Shown: positions 29,980-41,200 of the stretch, piece by piece
Layout: each line of letters begins with the position of its first letter
Numbering within the stretch: the first letter of the stretch is position 1
Origin: a virus
Lineage: Duplodnaviria > Caudoviricetes
IMG/VR virus record: IMGVR_UViG_3300001525_000313
Span: 38,923 to 102,922 of that record
Strand: one strand, 5' to 3'
Length of the DNA stretch: 64,000 bases
Made by a program: the position numbers and the translations under genes
Notes under the pieces: model-generated
Databases searched by the model: none
What the model saw: only the letters and a program-made list of their open reading frames with translations
What the model was told of the DNA's origin: nothing

Positions 29980-30930
29980 TTAATAAAGTCTTTTTAGCTT
30001 ACGATTAATATATAGACTTTCTAACCTAGATAAACGTCGTTCTAAATCTGCAAGCTGCTCATCTTCATCATCAGGTTCAACAGGTGCATCATATTGATCT
30101 GTTGAATCGCCCTCTAAATTACCAGCAACAACATCTTTTAGCTGATCAATTTCACGATCTGCAATAATATCTTTTGCATCATCAATATCTGCACACAATT
30201 CTTGTTCAATTTCTTCGTCAGACTGAATTAATCCGACTTTTGCATATATACCTTTTGCTAAATCTACAATAACGCAATCATCTACTAATGAAATTACTGC
30301 CATTAAATTATCATTATCATCATAACATTCAACAACAGAATCATCATAACACTCATTCTTAGTTGACTTCCAAGAGTAATGTTTGTTTAATATGCTTTCA
30401 ATCTTTCTAAGAATAAGTGCACGATCACGTCTAATAGATTCTACAGTTGGTCTTTCATTTGAATCTATACAATCATTTAATTCATCAAGTTTATCGTCAA
30501 ACATTCTTCCACTCTCTGTAGCTTTATTATTTAAATAATCAACAAGTGCTTTTTCAGCATCCTCGTTTGAATCAAATCCTGAAGATTTAATTAAAAATTT
30601 ATCTGAAATCTTATTATTAAATTCATATTTAACAAGTTTATCTACTAAATGTTTTAAATCGCCGGTAGATTTAACTTTATTATGAAATTTCTCTTGCTCT
30701 TCTTCTGATAAAATATCTGTAATGTCAATATTATCATTAAATGTCATTAAATCAAGAGAAATTGAAGCATCATTAAATGTAGGTTCAACTATAATATATG
30801 TTTTACCGATACTACTAAAGCGAGTTGGACATAATACAGATATTGTATGTTTATCCCAAAATTTCACTGGGAAAAGTTCCTTATTTTTTAATGTGTTTTC
30901 CCATACAACTTTCCAATCTATATTAGCCAT
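29980..30930 (-). CDS. Hypothetical acidic head-associated protein
   Basis: Directly after the major capsid gene; C-terminal LADLERRLSRLES motif; KNEC site. Confidence 0.5.
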   Translation of the reverse strand: MANIDWKVVWENTLKNKELFPVKFWDKHTISVLCPTRFSSIGKTYIIVEPTFNDASISLDLMTFNDNIDITDILSEEEQEKFHNKVKSTGDLKHLVDKLVKYEFNNKISDKFLIKSSGFDSNEDAEKALVDYLNNKATESGRMFDDKLDELNDCIDSNERPTVESIRRDRALILRKIESILNKHYSWKSTKNECYDDSVVECYDDNDNLMAVISLVDDCVIVDLAKGIYAKVGLIQSDEEIEQELCADIDDAKDIIADREIDQLKDVVAGNLEGDSTDQYDAPVEPDDEDEQLADLERRLSRLESLYINRKLKRLY

Positions 30931-31039
30931 ACAAATAAATTCCTATAAAATTATATATAAATCACTAGTATACTATATGTATTAGATATTATCTGTTTAT
31001 AATTTTATACAAACATCAAAATACTAATCTTTATATACA

Positions 31040-31067
31040 AAAATACCCAGCATAAGCTGGGTATTTT
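31040..31067 (-). terminator. Terminator after the major capsid gene
   Basis: AAAATACCCAGC-ATAA-GCTGGGTATTTT. Confidence 0.8.
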
Positions 31068-31094
31068 ATTTTAGTTATGTAACTATTTTATAGA

Positions 31095-32591
31095 TTAACG
31101 ACCGAGTTCACCATTGATAATCTTACCACGGACATACATTGCTGGGCAAAGCATTTTAACGCCATAGTAGGAAACTAGACCCTGACGACCAACAAAGTCA
31201 TCAAGCATTACAAGATCAGTCTTTGTAATTGGTAGGAAGTCAGCAACTACGAAACCGGCGTCCATGTCGGAACCTTTGTAACCAACGAGATAAGCATCTT
31301 CTGGAATGTATGGTGAATAAATAACTTTAATCTGACCTTCAATTTCACCAACAACGAATGCGCCATTGTTAGGAAGTGTAGCACCAGTAGCTTTAAAGTG
31401 ACCAGAACCAGCAGATTTAATAATATTAAGACCCATGCGGCCGACAACAACCCAGTTACCAAAGCCACGTTTTGTCTCATAATTAATCTTGGAAGCACAA
31501 GCAAAGATTTCAGAGATAAAGCTCATATCATGTTCGTGCTGTGAAATATAAGAGGTTACCTGACGATCCCAAGTAGATGTATTCTTAGCCTGACGCATTA
31601 ATAGACTGATAACTTCATTATCACGTTCCTGACGAATTTCTGCTGTACAAGCGTTAACTAGAGCTTCTTCAACATTAATACCATGGGCTTTTGAAAGTGC
31701 ATAAGAAGCATCAAATGCGAAGTTTGCACGAATCTTGTGAGGTACAGCCTTAATCATTTCAGTGCGGAGACGAAGTTCAAGAGCTTCTGTATTAGATGGT
31801 GCAAATGAAAGATCCTGATAATATGATGTTGAAACAGCATCTGTGCCTGAAAGTGCAAAATCATTAGTTGCACCATTTAATTCAAGACAAAATTCACCTG
31901 AAACTGGATTAATTGAAAATGCTGGAGCCGTACCATTTGTAACCTCAACTGGTGAGAAGAATCCATCACTATCTACTGAACCAACAACCCAACCTTCACA
32001 TTTTGTTGGTTTTGCACGTAATGTCCAGTTTTCAGTTTCATTATGAATGTCAATTGGGCATTCTTCTTTTACCTTAACTGGTAGATACATCATAAAGCCA
32101 TGAACTTTAGCTGAGTTGTTTTCTCCAGCTTCTTCAACATTAGCAGGTTCGGAATCAACACGTTCATTTGCTGCAAAAATACCAGCATCAGCACCGCGCA
32201 TTGCGCCCCACTGATCAATAGCAACACCAAATTTCTTAGCGTTACCACGAGTATTACCATAAGTATATTGTAAAAAGCGAATTACACCAATAGGTGAATC
32301 AATAGACTGAACGGAAACAATATCATCAATGATCTGGCTTGCATAAATTGCACTAACCATATCGATTGAGTGTTCAGGGAACCAATCAACGGCACCAAGC
32401 TGAGAAGCAGGAACACCATCAACTAAAGATTCGTTCTTGACTGCACGGATTGTACGAAGATCATTAAGAGCGTTGCTTGTATTGTTTAATACATTTGCAA
32501 GAGTTGATTTCGCATCATCGCTCATTGTACCGCGAACAGACTCAACAACTGCAATCTTATTTTTGAAAGCTTCCATAACGACATTATTCAT
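31095..32591 (-). CDS. Major capsid protein (T4 gp23-like)
   Basis: IDDIVSVQSIDSPIGVIRFL, HKIRANFAFD, HGINVEEALVNACTAEIRQERDNEVI, TKRGFGNWVV, YLVGYKGS, QGLVSYYGV; AGGAGG RBS. Confidence 0.95.
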   Translation of the reverse strand: MNNVVMEAFKNKIAVVESVRGTMSDDAKSTLANVLNNTSNALNDLRTIRAVKNESLVDGVPASQLGAVDWFPEHSIDMVSAIYASQIIDDIVSVQSIDSPIGVIRFLQYTYGNTRGNAKKFGVAIDQWGAMRGADAGIFAANERVDSEPANVEEAGENNSAKVHGFMMYLPVKVKEECPIDIHNETENWTLRAKPTKCEGWVVGSVDSDGFFSPVEVTNGTAPAFSINPVSGEFCLELNGATNDFALSGTDAVSTSYYQDLSFAPSNTEALELRLRTEMIKAVPHKIRANFAFDASYALSKAHGINVEEALVNACTAEIRQERDNEVISLLMRQAKNTSTWDRQVTSYISQHEHDMSFISEIFACASKINYETKRGFGNWVVVGRMGLNIIKSAGSGHFKATGATLPNNGAFVVGEIEGQIKVIYSPYIPEDAYLVGYKGSDMDAGFVVADFLPITKTDLVMLDDFVGRQGLVSYYGVKMLCPAMYVRGKIINGELGR

Positions 32592-33609
32592 AAGAGTTCC
32601 TCCTAAAATGTGTACACATTCTTTCTAATAGAGAATTATTATTTTTATTAAAAATTGTATCAGTATTTAAATTCTCATTAAACTTAGATTCATCATTGAA
32701 TTTAATGATATTTAAATCATCGGTAATATATTTATTAGATATTGGAGCGGATTGTGTTGTAACTTTTTGACAAGACTCATTTATAATGTTATGAGGTTTC
32801 TGACTTTTAGCTTCATTTATTAGTGACTTTGCTTCTTTTATAAGATTTGATAGTTTACTCTCATATTTAACTCTATTAAATTTTTTCAAAGAAGCTTCTA
32901 ATGAATCTGAAAGTCGGTTAACAGATTTCATCATTTCATTAATATTTATCTTGTGTTCTCGTTTACAAATTTCATTGTCAAGTGTTCTAATACGAGATTC
33001 AAACACTGGATTTTTAAATGACTTTAGAGCAGCAGCAGATTCTTTAAGTTCTGAAGTAGTCATTTTTTCTAATGGTTTAGATATTGGATCTGCTTTTTCA
33101 AGTCTTGCACATTTAAATCCAGGCTCAGTAACAGCATCAAATGTAATTAATTCATATGAATTCTCAAGAATTACTTCATGACCATCTTTTTGAATTGAAT
33201 CAGCAACAGCACGAGCGGAAATTCCAAGCTTTGTGCCATATTGTGCTAATGTATTAAGAATTCGACCGGTTGGTGTATCAAGTACATCAAATTCGCCATA
33301 AAGTAAATTACCATCGCCTTCTGGAATCCATAATTTCTTGCATGATATTCCAACCTGTGGATAACTAATGTCTATGCGATTCTCAGGGTGACCACCTTCA
33401 CCAAGCATTGATCTATTTTTAATACATTCTTGTACTGTAGGGTTATGTAATATCCGATCTTCTACTAATTTTCGAGAATAAATGCGATTATTTCGATTAA
33501 CTGCACCAAATTCCATACATGGCCCAACTAGGGTGCATAAAATGCCTGATGATTTATTCTCATTTGTAGCTTTCATCTCGGATATAATTGATTCAGTAAA
33601 AACCTTCAT
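32584..33609 (-). CDS. Prohead protease (gp21-like) with a C-terminal coiled-coil extension
   Basis: NRNNRIYS, MLGEGGHPENR, VLDTPTGRIL, LGISAR, LITFDAVTEPG. Confidence 0.92.
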   Translation of the reverse strand: MKVFTESIISEMKATNENKSSGILCTLVGPCMEFGAVNRNNRIYSRKLVEDRILHNPTVQECIKNRSMLGEGGHPENRIDISYPQVGISCKKLWIPEGDGNLLYGEFDVLDTPTGRILNTLAQYGTKLGISARAVADSIQKDGHEVILENSYELITFDAVTEPGFKCARLEKADPISKPLEKMTTSELKESAAALKSFKNPVFESRIRTLDNEICKREHKININEMMKSVNRLSDSLEASLKKFNRVKYESKLSNLIKEAKSLINEAKSQKPHNIINESCQKVTTQSAPISNKYITDDLNIIKFNDESKFNENLNTDTIFNKNNNSLLERMCTHFRRNSYE

Positions 33610-33757
33610 TATACCCTCCGAAATAAGTAGTACTTATAAACGTATATTGTAAATATATTTATTAGATATAATCATATTATTTGCTGATTATAAAATTATT
33701 TAGCATATAATGTGAATATTTTTATATTGATTTATTATTATAGATATAATAAAAAAA

Positions 33758-33783
33758 TAGCGTAGAATATATATTCTACGCTA
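33758..33783. terminator. 26-bp perfect palindrome (terminator-like)
   Basis: TAGCGTAGAATAT|ATATTCTACGCTA, followed by a T-tract on the minus strand. Confidence 0.65.
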
Positions 33784-33803
33784 AATTTATATATTATGTT
33801 TTA

Positions 33804-34457
33804 TTAAGCATGAATAGCTGGTAGAACATCAGGACAATGCTTAATGAACTCTAACATTGTTAGGTTAGGCATATGTGTATCTTCTACATTTTCATGTAGA
33901 ACTGTTATAAAGTGAACCTGATATTCGCCTAGTTCAAGTTTAACTTTTGCAGCATTTTTATGTGTTGTTGCGACACCTTTTGCAAGTTCAAAGCCTTTAA
34001 CAGTAACTTCGGCGCCGCCTTCTGGTGCTGCTACTGATAATGTAATAACAGCTTTATCTTTTGCAAGCATACATTTGGCACCATTATCTGCATAAATTTC
34101 TGGTAATGGATCAGCAGCAGCTAAATCTTTAACAAATACATCAGAAAGATCTAATTCTATTTTACCTTTTGGAACAACACGTTTAAGTGTAGCTGTAACT
34201 TTAAGTTCACAAGCAGCTGGATCAATTTCAATTGGTTCGCGCACGACTAGTGAACGGTGGCCTTCTAATACGGTACCAGTTCCAACGTGACGAATTTTAA
34301 AAGTACATTCTGGTGCTTTAGCGTCTTCAGCGGACATATCATCTAACTGATCAAGTACCATTGTAACTTTTACGTCTGATACTTCATCAACGAGTGCGCC
34401 ATAACGGTATTTATCATTAATTAAACTACCATGGCCAAGTCTTTCAAATTTTAGCAT
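33804..34457 (-). CDS. Hypothetical virion protein (possible capsid decoration protein)
   Basis: The ATG at 34457 (MLKFERL) follows GGAG; beta-rich Val/Ala composition; directly upstream of the protease and capsid genes; has its own terminator. Confidence 0.5.
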   Translation of the reverse strand: MLKFERLGHGSLINDKYRYGALVDEVSDVKVTMVLDQLDDMSAEDAKAPECTFKIRHVGTGTVLEGHRSLVVREPIEIDPAACELKVTATLKRVVPKGKIELDLSDVFVKDLAAADPLPEIYADNGAKCMLAKDKAVITLSVAAPEGGAEVTVKGFELAKGVATTHKNAAKVKLELGEYQVHFITVLHENVEDTHMPNLTMLEFIKHCPDVLPAIHA

Positions 34458-34523
34458 ATTAAAATCTCCAATTTTAATTAAAGTTGGTAAATTAAAGTAA
34501 ATCAACTTAATAAATTGATATTA

Positions 34524-37500
34524 TTAATCACGATTATCGTCATCATATATCCAATTGCGACCGTCGTCGCCGGTATATAATAACATTTTTCCATCAATTA
34601 TTCTATAGTTATATTCGCTTAATAAGTGATTTCTAGGAACCCAAACGGTTTTTATTTCATTATTATTATCTGTATCAGAAATTGTGGTTTTTCCTGGAAT
34701 GCAACAAATCCAATTGCTTATGCTTTCAGGTGTACCATCATCTGGAATTCCTCTATCATCAGCATAACACATAACAATATTTTGTTCTGATTCTGCACCA
34801 AAGACATTTTCGGTAATATTAAATGCTTTAAGCTGATATTTAATAAGTCCAACATATGGATTACTATAAAATTCATCGTAAGATACGATGTCACCAGTAT
34901 CTTTTGTTAATTGTCTATGTTCTGGATCATCAATAACTTCAAAAAATGTGTTATCTTCAGAATTATAACCAAGACAATTATTATAACTTGGTTTTATTGT
35001 TTGCCATTTATTGATATTGTGTGTACCATTCCAATATAGTTTATGGATTTTATCATACCAAACATTAGGACAACCATCAGCGGTACCACTATTTGTAAAA
35101 TACTCGCCATTTGTATCTTTTACAATAAATGTGCAAATATATTCTGTAATACCAGCTTTATTATATAATGAATATGGATATTCTAAACGATTATCAAAGT
35201 TTCCAACTAATAAAAAGCCTAAATTATTTGGACTTAATAATGTGAAATGTGATTTGTTATCATTAAATATAGATATTAATGATTCAGATTCTGTAGAATT
35301 GTAATAAGTATTAAACTTCCCTAAATCTTTTTCACCACGATATAATTTTAGCTTATCTTTGTTCTTAAAATAAAGACTATCATTTAATGCCTGATACCAT
35401 TCTTTAGCATTAATATCAGGTACATTTTTATCTGAAGTCCAATATTTTTTAAGATTGTGCTTACTAGTTGTATTATATCTAAATTCAATTTCAACACATT
35501 CATGTGTTGTGTTATCAGTAATTTCATCAGTAGTTACTTTATCAAAGTATGCTAATTTTATACTAGATTTTGTATCTGTATAACCTGATGCAGATAACGG
35601 ATATGATTTCAATATATCATCTTCTGATTCATATTTATAATAATCTGTATTATCAGTATATAATATAATTGGTTTGTTTATATCATAATAAGTTTGTTCT
35701 GAAAAACCATCTATAACTGGTAGCTGTACAAAGTTTTCATTATATAATTTATCAGATATGATATATTTAAATGATTTATTTTCTGGAAATCCTATTGGTT
35801 CGCTGTCTAAATCTAATGAACCATCGAATATACCATATAGATAGCTGTGATAATCTTCATCATTACATTCAGTTACATTAATTAAATTATCATTACTACA
35901 ATAAACTAAGCCTTTATAGAAATAAATAATTTCACCTGAACTTTTATTAATAGCACTTCCAAAATATAGATATTGTTGATTATTTGATGTATCAGTATTT
36001 GTTGATTCATCAGCATTTGTATCAGTATCTGATGAATCACTTACATCTATTACATCATTAGTAATGATCTGATTATCAGTATTTAAATCTTGCTCAGAAT
36101 CTGTTGACTCATTAGATTCAGATGTATTTAAATTTTCAGAATTATCATCTTCAACTTTATCAGCTGGAAGTTCAGAAAATTCCATTGGCATTAAAGTTAA
36201 TGCATTTTTATGAATCTGCTCATAGCTAAAGACGTCTCGTGTACGACCTCTAACAGTTACTTTTTCAGTAGATTTATGTACTCTTCGCCATTCATCTTCA
36301 AAAAATGGAGTCCATCCAAAATTACCAGCTGCAATAAAATAATTACATTGAGCCGTATCAGATGTATTTGCTGGTGACAAATAGCTTGCAGCAGTTGAAT
36401 TAATTAAATCAGATTCATTATAGCCACTTATTTTAGTATAACTATAAGCTCTATAAACTTTTACTAAATCTGGACCAATATACATTGGAATATATTCATT
36501 TGGTGATATTATTCCTGTTGGCTCTTCTCGTTCTAATAGTTCATCAACGTGTTTATAATCATTTGAATCATATTCAAATAAACTTATATAATCACCTTTA
36601 GTCTCAGGACTTTTTGAATATGAATATATTATTGGCTCAAATTTAGCTTTACCATTATCCAAATATACAATACAAAGAAATCGATCATCTCGATGTAACT
36701 CTATGTCATCATTTAAATCTGAATAATTCTTTAATTTATTTTCAATTATAGAGTTATACTTTGACAAATCATCATTGTTATCATCACCATAATACCAATG
36801 ATTCTGTACATATGCAAATTTGAAGCAATGCCATGCTGTATTTACTAAATTGAAATATGTTCCATTATACCAGTATTTTGGTTCTAATCTAAATACGGCT
36901 TTTGCTGGAAACTCTAAACAGATACATCCATATAATACGCCTAGTGCATATGAGTACATTGCGGCATAATCTAATTTATAAAATATTGCTGCATTATTAC
37001 ATCGTTCAGTATAGCGACTATAGTATGTTTTGTTATATTCAGTAATTGATTCAAAAATAAATGAATCATAATCAGTAGAATTAATTCTTTGATACTTCTG
37101 ATCTGTTCTATAAAGATCATCAGATATATCTTGTGCAGACATACTATTTGTAGTATAATTTTCTACAAAGTAATTTCTTAGTTTTCTATAAAATACTAGA
37201 TTATCTGTGCTAAAACCTGCATCTTCAAATATATCACAAATTTTCTGTGCTTGTAAATCAAAGTAAGACTTTGATAATCGACTAGATTCTGGTAGTCGAT
37301 ACATTGGATTATTTAAATTTATTGATTGCTTATTTACATCATTTTTGAATATAAGTGGAATTGTTCTATCGTCTGTTGTACCTGTTAACTCGTTTAGCAT
37401 AAGTTTTAAACCATTAACAGATGATATTAAATAATTTCCAAAGTCTTCAGTCTGATTTAATGCTGATAAAAATAAGTATATATTATCGAATATATCAAAA

Positions 37501-37697
37501 TGCTCTAATTCAGATAGATTATTTTTAAAGCTTTTATAAACTTGTTTTGATATTAGTATGTTATCTGAAACTGTATTATCATATGTTGTTACAGATTCAA
37601 AGCCAAGCAAAAATAGCATTGTTGCGTCTGCAAACTTCCATGTGTATAATGCAGGATCGTAATAAAAGAATATTCCATTTGAAGATTTATATTTCAT
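34524..37697 (-). CDS. Large tail-fibre-module protein A2 (paralogue of 45256..47112)
   Basis: Shares MxYKSSxG...TMLFxLG, DYxAMYSYALGVLYGCxCL and VWYD...KLYWNG..NINKWQ with 45256..47112. Confidence 0.6.
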   Translation of the reverse strand: MKYKSSNGIFFYYDPALYTWKFADATMLFLLGFESVTTYDNTVSDNILISKQVYKSFKNNLSELEHFDIFDNIYLFLSALNQTEDFGNYLISSVNGLKLMLNELTGTTDDRTIPLIFKNDVNKQSINLNNPMYRLPESSRLSKSYFDLQAQKICDIFEDAGFSTDNLVFYRKLRNYFVENYTTNSMSAQDISDDLYRTDQKYQRINSTDYDSFIFESITEYNKTYYSRYTERCNNAAIFYKLDYAAMYSYALGVLYGCICLEFPAKAVFRLEPKYWYNGTYFNLVNTAWHCFKFAYVQNHWYYGDDNNDDLSKYNSIIENKLKNYSDLNDDIELHRDDRFLCIVYLDNGKAKFEPIIYSYSKSPETKGDYISLFEYDSNDYKHVDELLEREEPTGIISPNEYIPMYIGPDLVKVYRAYSYTKISGYNESDLINSTAASYLSPANTSDTAQCNYFIAAGNFGWTPFFEDEWRRVHKSTEKVTVRGRTRDVFSYEQIHKNALTLMPMEFSELPADKVEDDNSENLNTSESNESTDSEQDLNTDNQIITNDVIDVSDSSDTDTNADESTNTDTSNNQQYLYFGSAINKSSGEIIYFYKGLVYCSNDNLINVTECNDEDYHSYLYGIFDGSLDLDSEPIGFPENKSFKYIISDKLYNENFVQLPVIDGFSEQTYYDINKPIILYTDNTDYYKYESEDDILKSYPLSASGYTDTKSSIKLAYFDKVTTDEITDNTTHECVEIEFRYNTTSKHNLKKYWTSDKNVPDINAKEWYQALNDSLYFKNKDKLKLYRGEKDLGKFNTYYNSTESESLISIFNDNKSHFTLLSPNNLGFLLVGNFDNRLEYPYSLYNKAGITEYICTFIVKDTNGEYFTNSGTADGCPNVWYDKIHKLYWNGTHNINKWQTIKPSYNNCLGYNSEDNTFFEVIDDPEHRQLTKDTGDIVSYDEFYSNPYVGLIKYQLKAFNITENVFGAESEQNIVMCYADDRGIPDDGTPESISNWICCIPGKTTISDTDNNNEIKTVWVPRNHLLSEYNYRIIDGKMLLYTGDDGRNWIYDDDNRD

Positions 37698-37758
37698 AAT
37701 ATAAACTCATTAAAAAGTAATTTGGTTTATTTTATAAATTTATTGATATAATATAGAT

Positions 37759-37784
37759 AAAGCTAGTACCTAGGTACTAGCTTT
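37759..37784. terminator. 26-bp perfect palindrome after fibre chaperone D2
   Basis: AAAGCTAGTACCT|AGGTACTAGCTTT. Confidence 0.7.
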
Positions 37785-37793
37785 TGTTTTATA

Positions 37794-38237
37794 TTATATA
37801 AACTCAGGACGAGTTGGCCAAACTACATTTTCAGGGAATCCTTCTTGAGTTGTAATATCACGAAGAGCTTGACGATATGTTTTTACTTCTAATTTATGTT
37901 CAGCTGAAATTGGATAATCTTCAAGTACATATTTATCAGTAGCTTCAAGTAGCTTATCACGTTGTGATCTTATCTGTTTTTCAGTGACTCTATTTTGAAG
38001 TTGAAAACGAAGTGCTTCTGTTTTATCTTCAGGAAATTCACCATTATCATACATTTGTTTCAATGTTTTCCAAGTGTCATTTTCTTCTGGCTCATTTACA
38101 ACAAATGTACATAAGCATTCACAGATTGATCCATCTGATAAAGTTTTACCTAATATTAAATTAGCAGCTGTATGTTGCTCATTAAGATAATGAACCTTTA
38201 AAATACTAAACTCATTATGATTATTATTTTCTTCCAT
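37794..38237 (-). CDS. Tail fibre assembly chaperone (Tfa-like) D2
   Basis: IRSQRDKLLEATDKYVLEDYP...YRQALRDITTQEGFPENVVWPTRP. Confidence 0.88.
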   Translation of the reverse strand: MEENNNHNEFSILKVHYLNEQHTAANLILGKTLSDGSICECLCTFVVNEPEENDTWKTLKQMYDNGEFPEDKTEALRFQLQNRVTEKQIRSQRDKLLEATDKYVLEDYPISAEHKLEVKTYRQALRDITTQEGFPENVVWPTRPEFI

Positions 38238-38257
38238 AATTAATTACCATTAGCTAT

Positions 38258-41200
38258 TTAGGATGAAAAGACCTGTGATTGAACTTTTACTGCAAGTATT
38301 AAATAATAATATGTATCTGAATCATTATCAGGAATTGATGGTATTGGTGTTAAACATGCCCATACACCACTAAGTGGGCTATTTTGGTCAAATGTATAAT
38401 TTAAATTGTTAATTTCTACGGTATTGTTACCTACAGTACCAGATTGATTATATTGTATGTCTTTTGTAGATAAACGATATACACTATCACAATCTAAAAC
38501 AGATCCAGATGTTGTATATTTAGTAGTATCTCGATTATAACCAATAATGTTACCAAAACCATATGGCGGTCGCTGTGCATATGTGATATTTTGATCAGTA
38601 CTATTAGTGTTAGGCTCTCTTTTCAATAAAACTAAACTAACTTGTCCAACACCACTTGAACTATTAATTGTATTTGATACTTCAGTTTGTGGATCATATT
38701 TAGAATCTGTACTATTATAATCAATTTTTCTCATCCAATCAACAGATGATATACCACGTATTGCGTTTGCAATAACACCACCAAGACCACAGCCAAATAA
38801 ATAACCCTGTGTAGCGTTTGCTATAGATTGATTAGTTGGATCAGCTACTTGTGCTGGTCCTTGATCATTTGCAGAATAAAATCGTGAATAAAAACCAATA
38901 CCAACTGGTACATTGTTATTTGCAAGCAAGCTTGTATTTATAGATGAAACATTATTTAAACGTCTTGCATCAATTGGTACTAAATATGATGGGCGTGTGT
39001 TTGCAATATTAGCACCAGTTGTATCAACACCCATTGACATCGCACCGTATTGCTTACCAACAATGTAATAGCGGCCATATCGACAAAGCATTAAAACTGT
39101 TTCGCCAGCATGCCATGAATCAAATGATGATTTACCAGGCGTATTTAAATAATTTTCATAATCAGGATTATCTGGATCAAGTGATACTGTATTTTGTAAA
39201 GCTAACTCTGCATTAATAGTGTTAATATCTGCACCGAAATAAATTGGTCTGTAATATGGTTGGCCATTACTATGCAAATCTCCGTAAATGTATAGTTTTG
39301 GACTATCAGACGTATTTGTATTAGCAAAATGTACAAGAATTAGTGAATTGTCAACATATTCATAGTCTGAAGCATATATAGGATTATCTTGACTATCTTT
39401 TCCAATATATATTGTTGCATTTTTAGCATATGTACCGGCATCGGTGCTGCAATAAGCAACAGGTAATACAGTTCCAGTTGCTTTAATATTTTTTACATAT
39501 AAACTGTCAAATTTATTTGATAATGCACCTAAATCTGCGCCGGCTGGATTTGATGGTTTTACTACATATTTATTTGATGAATCACCATTAAGTGTTAATA
39601 AAGATGTTGAAAAATCTGCTGATGTTGATGAACTATTGCCAATTGAAACTACTGGCATTGGTGGTGTATTAAAGGTCCATGAAGATGGAGTTGCAGATGG
39701 TTGTATATTTAAACGCAAACCATCTTGCTGAATTGTTGATGTATAAGTATATGTAATTCCACTTGTTATATCGGTACCTGTAAAAGACATAGCACCATCA
39801 GATACTGCTATATCTGAATCAGTACCATCAAATGTAACACTATTGCTAAAAGTTTTTGCACCAGAAATTGACTGTGTTGTATCAGTTGTTACATGATTAG
39901 TTGGTATTGTTGGAATTGTAGGTTTATTTGTTAAATCATTATATGATCCACTTGTTGCAACAGTGTGTAAACCAAGATTTATTGTAACGTTTGAAGAGGC
40001 ATTTGCTGAAAATGTTGTTGAACCTGTATTATCAGTGCCGCCTTTGCTTATTGTTAAAGTAGCATTATTAACTGTTGGTATAGTTGGTTTATCAGAAAGA
40101 TCATTGTATGATCCACTAGTTGCTACAGTTGATAATCCTAAATTAATTGTTTTAGTGGTTGCATTATTTGTAGTAAATGTATCTCCAGTGTCATTAGTAT
40201 TTTTCTTAATAGTAATAGTAGAATTATTAACTGTTGGTATACTTCTATTTGTTCCATCTGCAATATCATCAAGTGTAAGTGTTACATTTGAAGATAATGC
40301 TTTGCTATTTATTGTTCTACTTGTTTGAACATAATTACTTGCATCTGTTAATTCAGCTACTGTTGTTGGAACTGTTATATTAACACTTTTATTTACAGGC
40401 GCTTGATTAATATTATTTACAGAAATGGCCTCAATAACGTTTTCTTGGCCAACATTTGAGCCTGAAGCTACTACTGAAATATTTCCGGAGCCTGTAATTT
40501 GTTCGCCATTAATTGTTTTAAATGTTGGTGCACCACTTAAATCATTGTAATCACCTGAAGTTGCAACAGTTGATAATCCTAAATTACAAACAACATCTGT
40601 TGAAGCATCTGCTGTGAATTCTGTTCCAGCATCATTTGTGTTTTTCTTAATTGTTAATTTTGCATTATTAGCTTGTGCAGGAATTGTTGTATTATCAGGA
40701 AGAGCCCCAACTTCACTTGCTGTATATGTTGGTTTAGTTGATGATTTTACCCAATTTGGTACATTTGGATCATCTGCAAATGAATAATTTGATGTACCTG
40801 GAGTTAATCCAGCAATATCATTTTGTGTAACATATTGTGCATCATTTGTAAATGCTGAAATATTAGTTGGTACTATTGGAATTTTAGGTCTATTAATTAA
40901 ATCACCATAATCACCTGTTGAAGCAACAGTTGCAAGATCTAAATCGATTGTTTTATTTTGAGAAGCATTCGCAGTAAATGTATCACCAACATCAGAAGAA
41001 TTCTTTTTAATTGTCAATGTTGCATCATTTACATTTGAAGACTGAACATTTGCAATTAAACCATCAACAGCTGATTTGTTATAATAATTAGATTCTCGAT
41101 CAGCAACATAATCTGTGATAGCACCAACAGATGGAACATCTGCATTAGGATTAGTGCTTGAACTAATAGATTGTGCTAAATTTGCAGTTTTTATAAAAGT

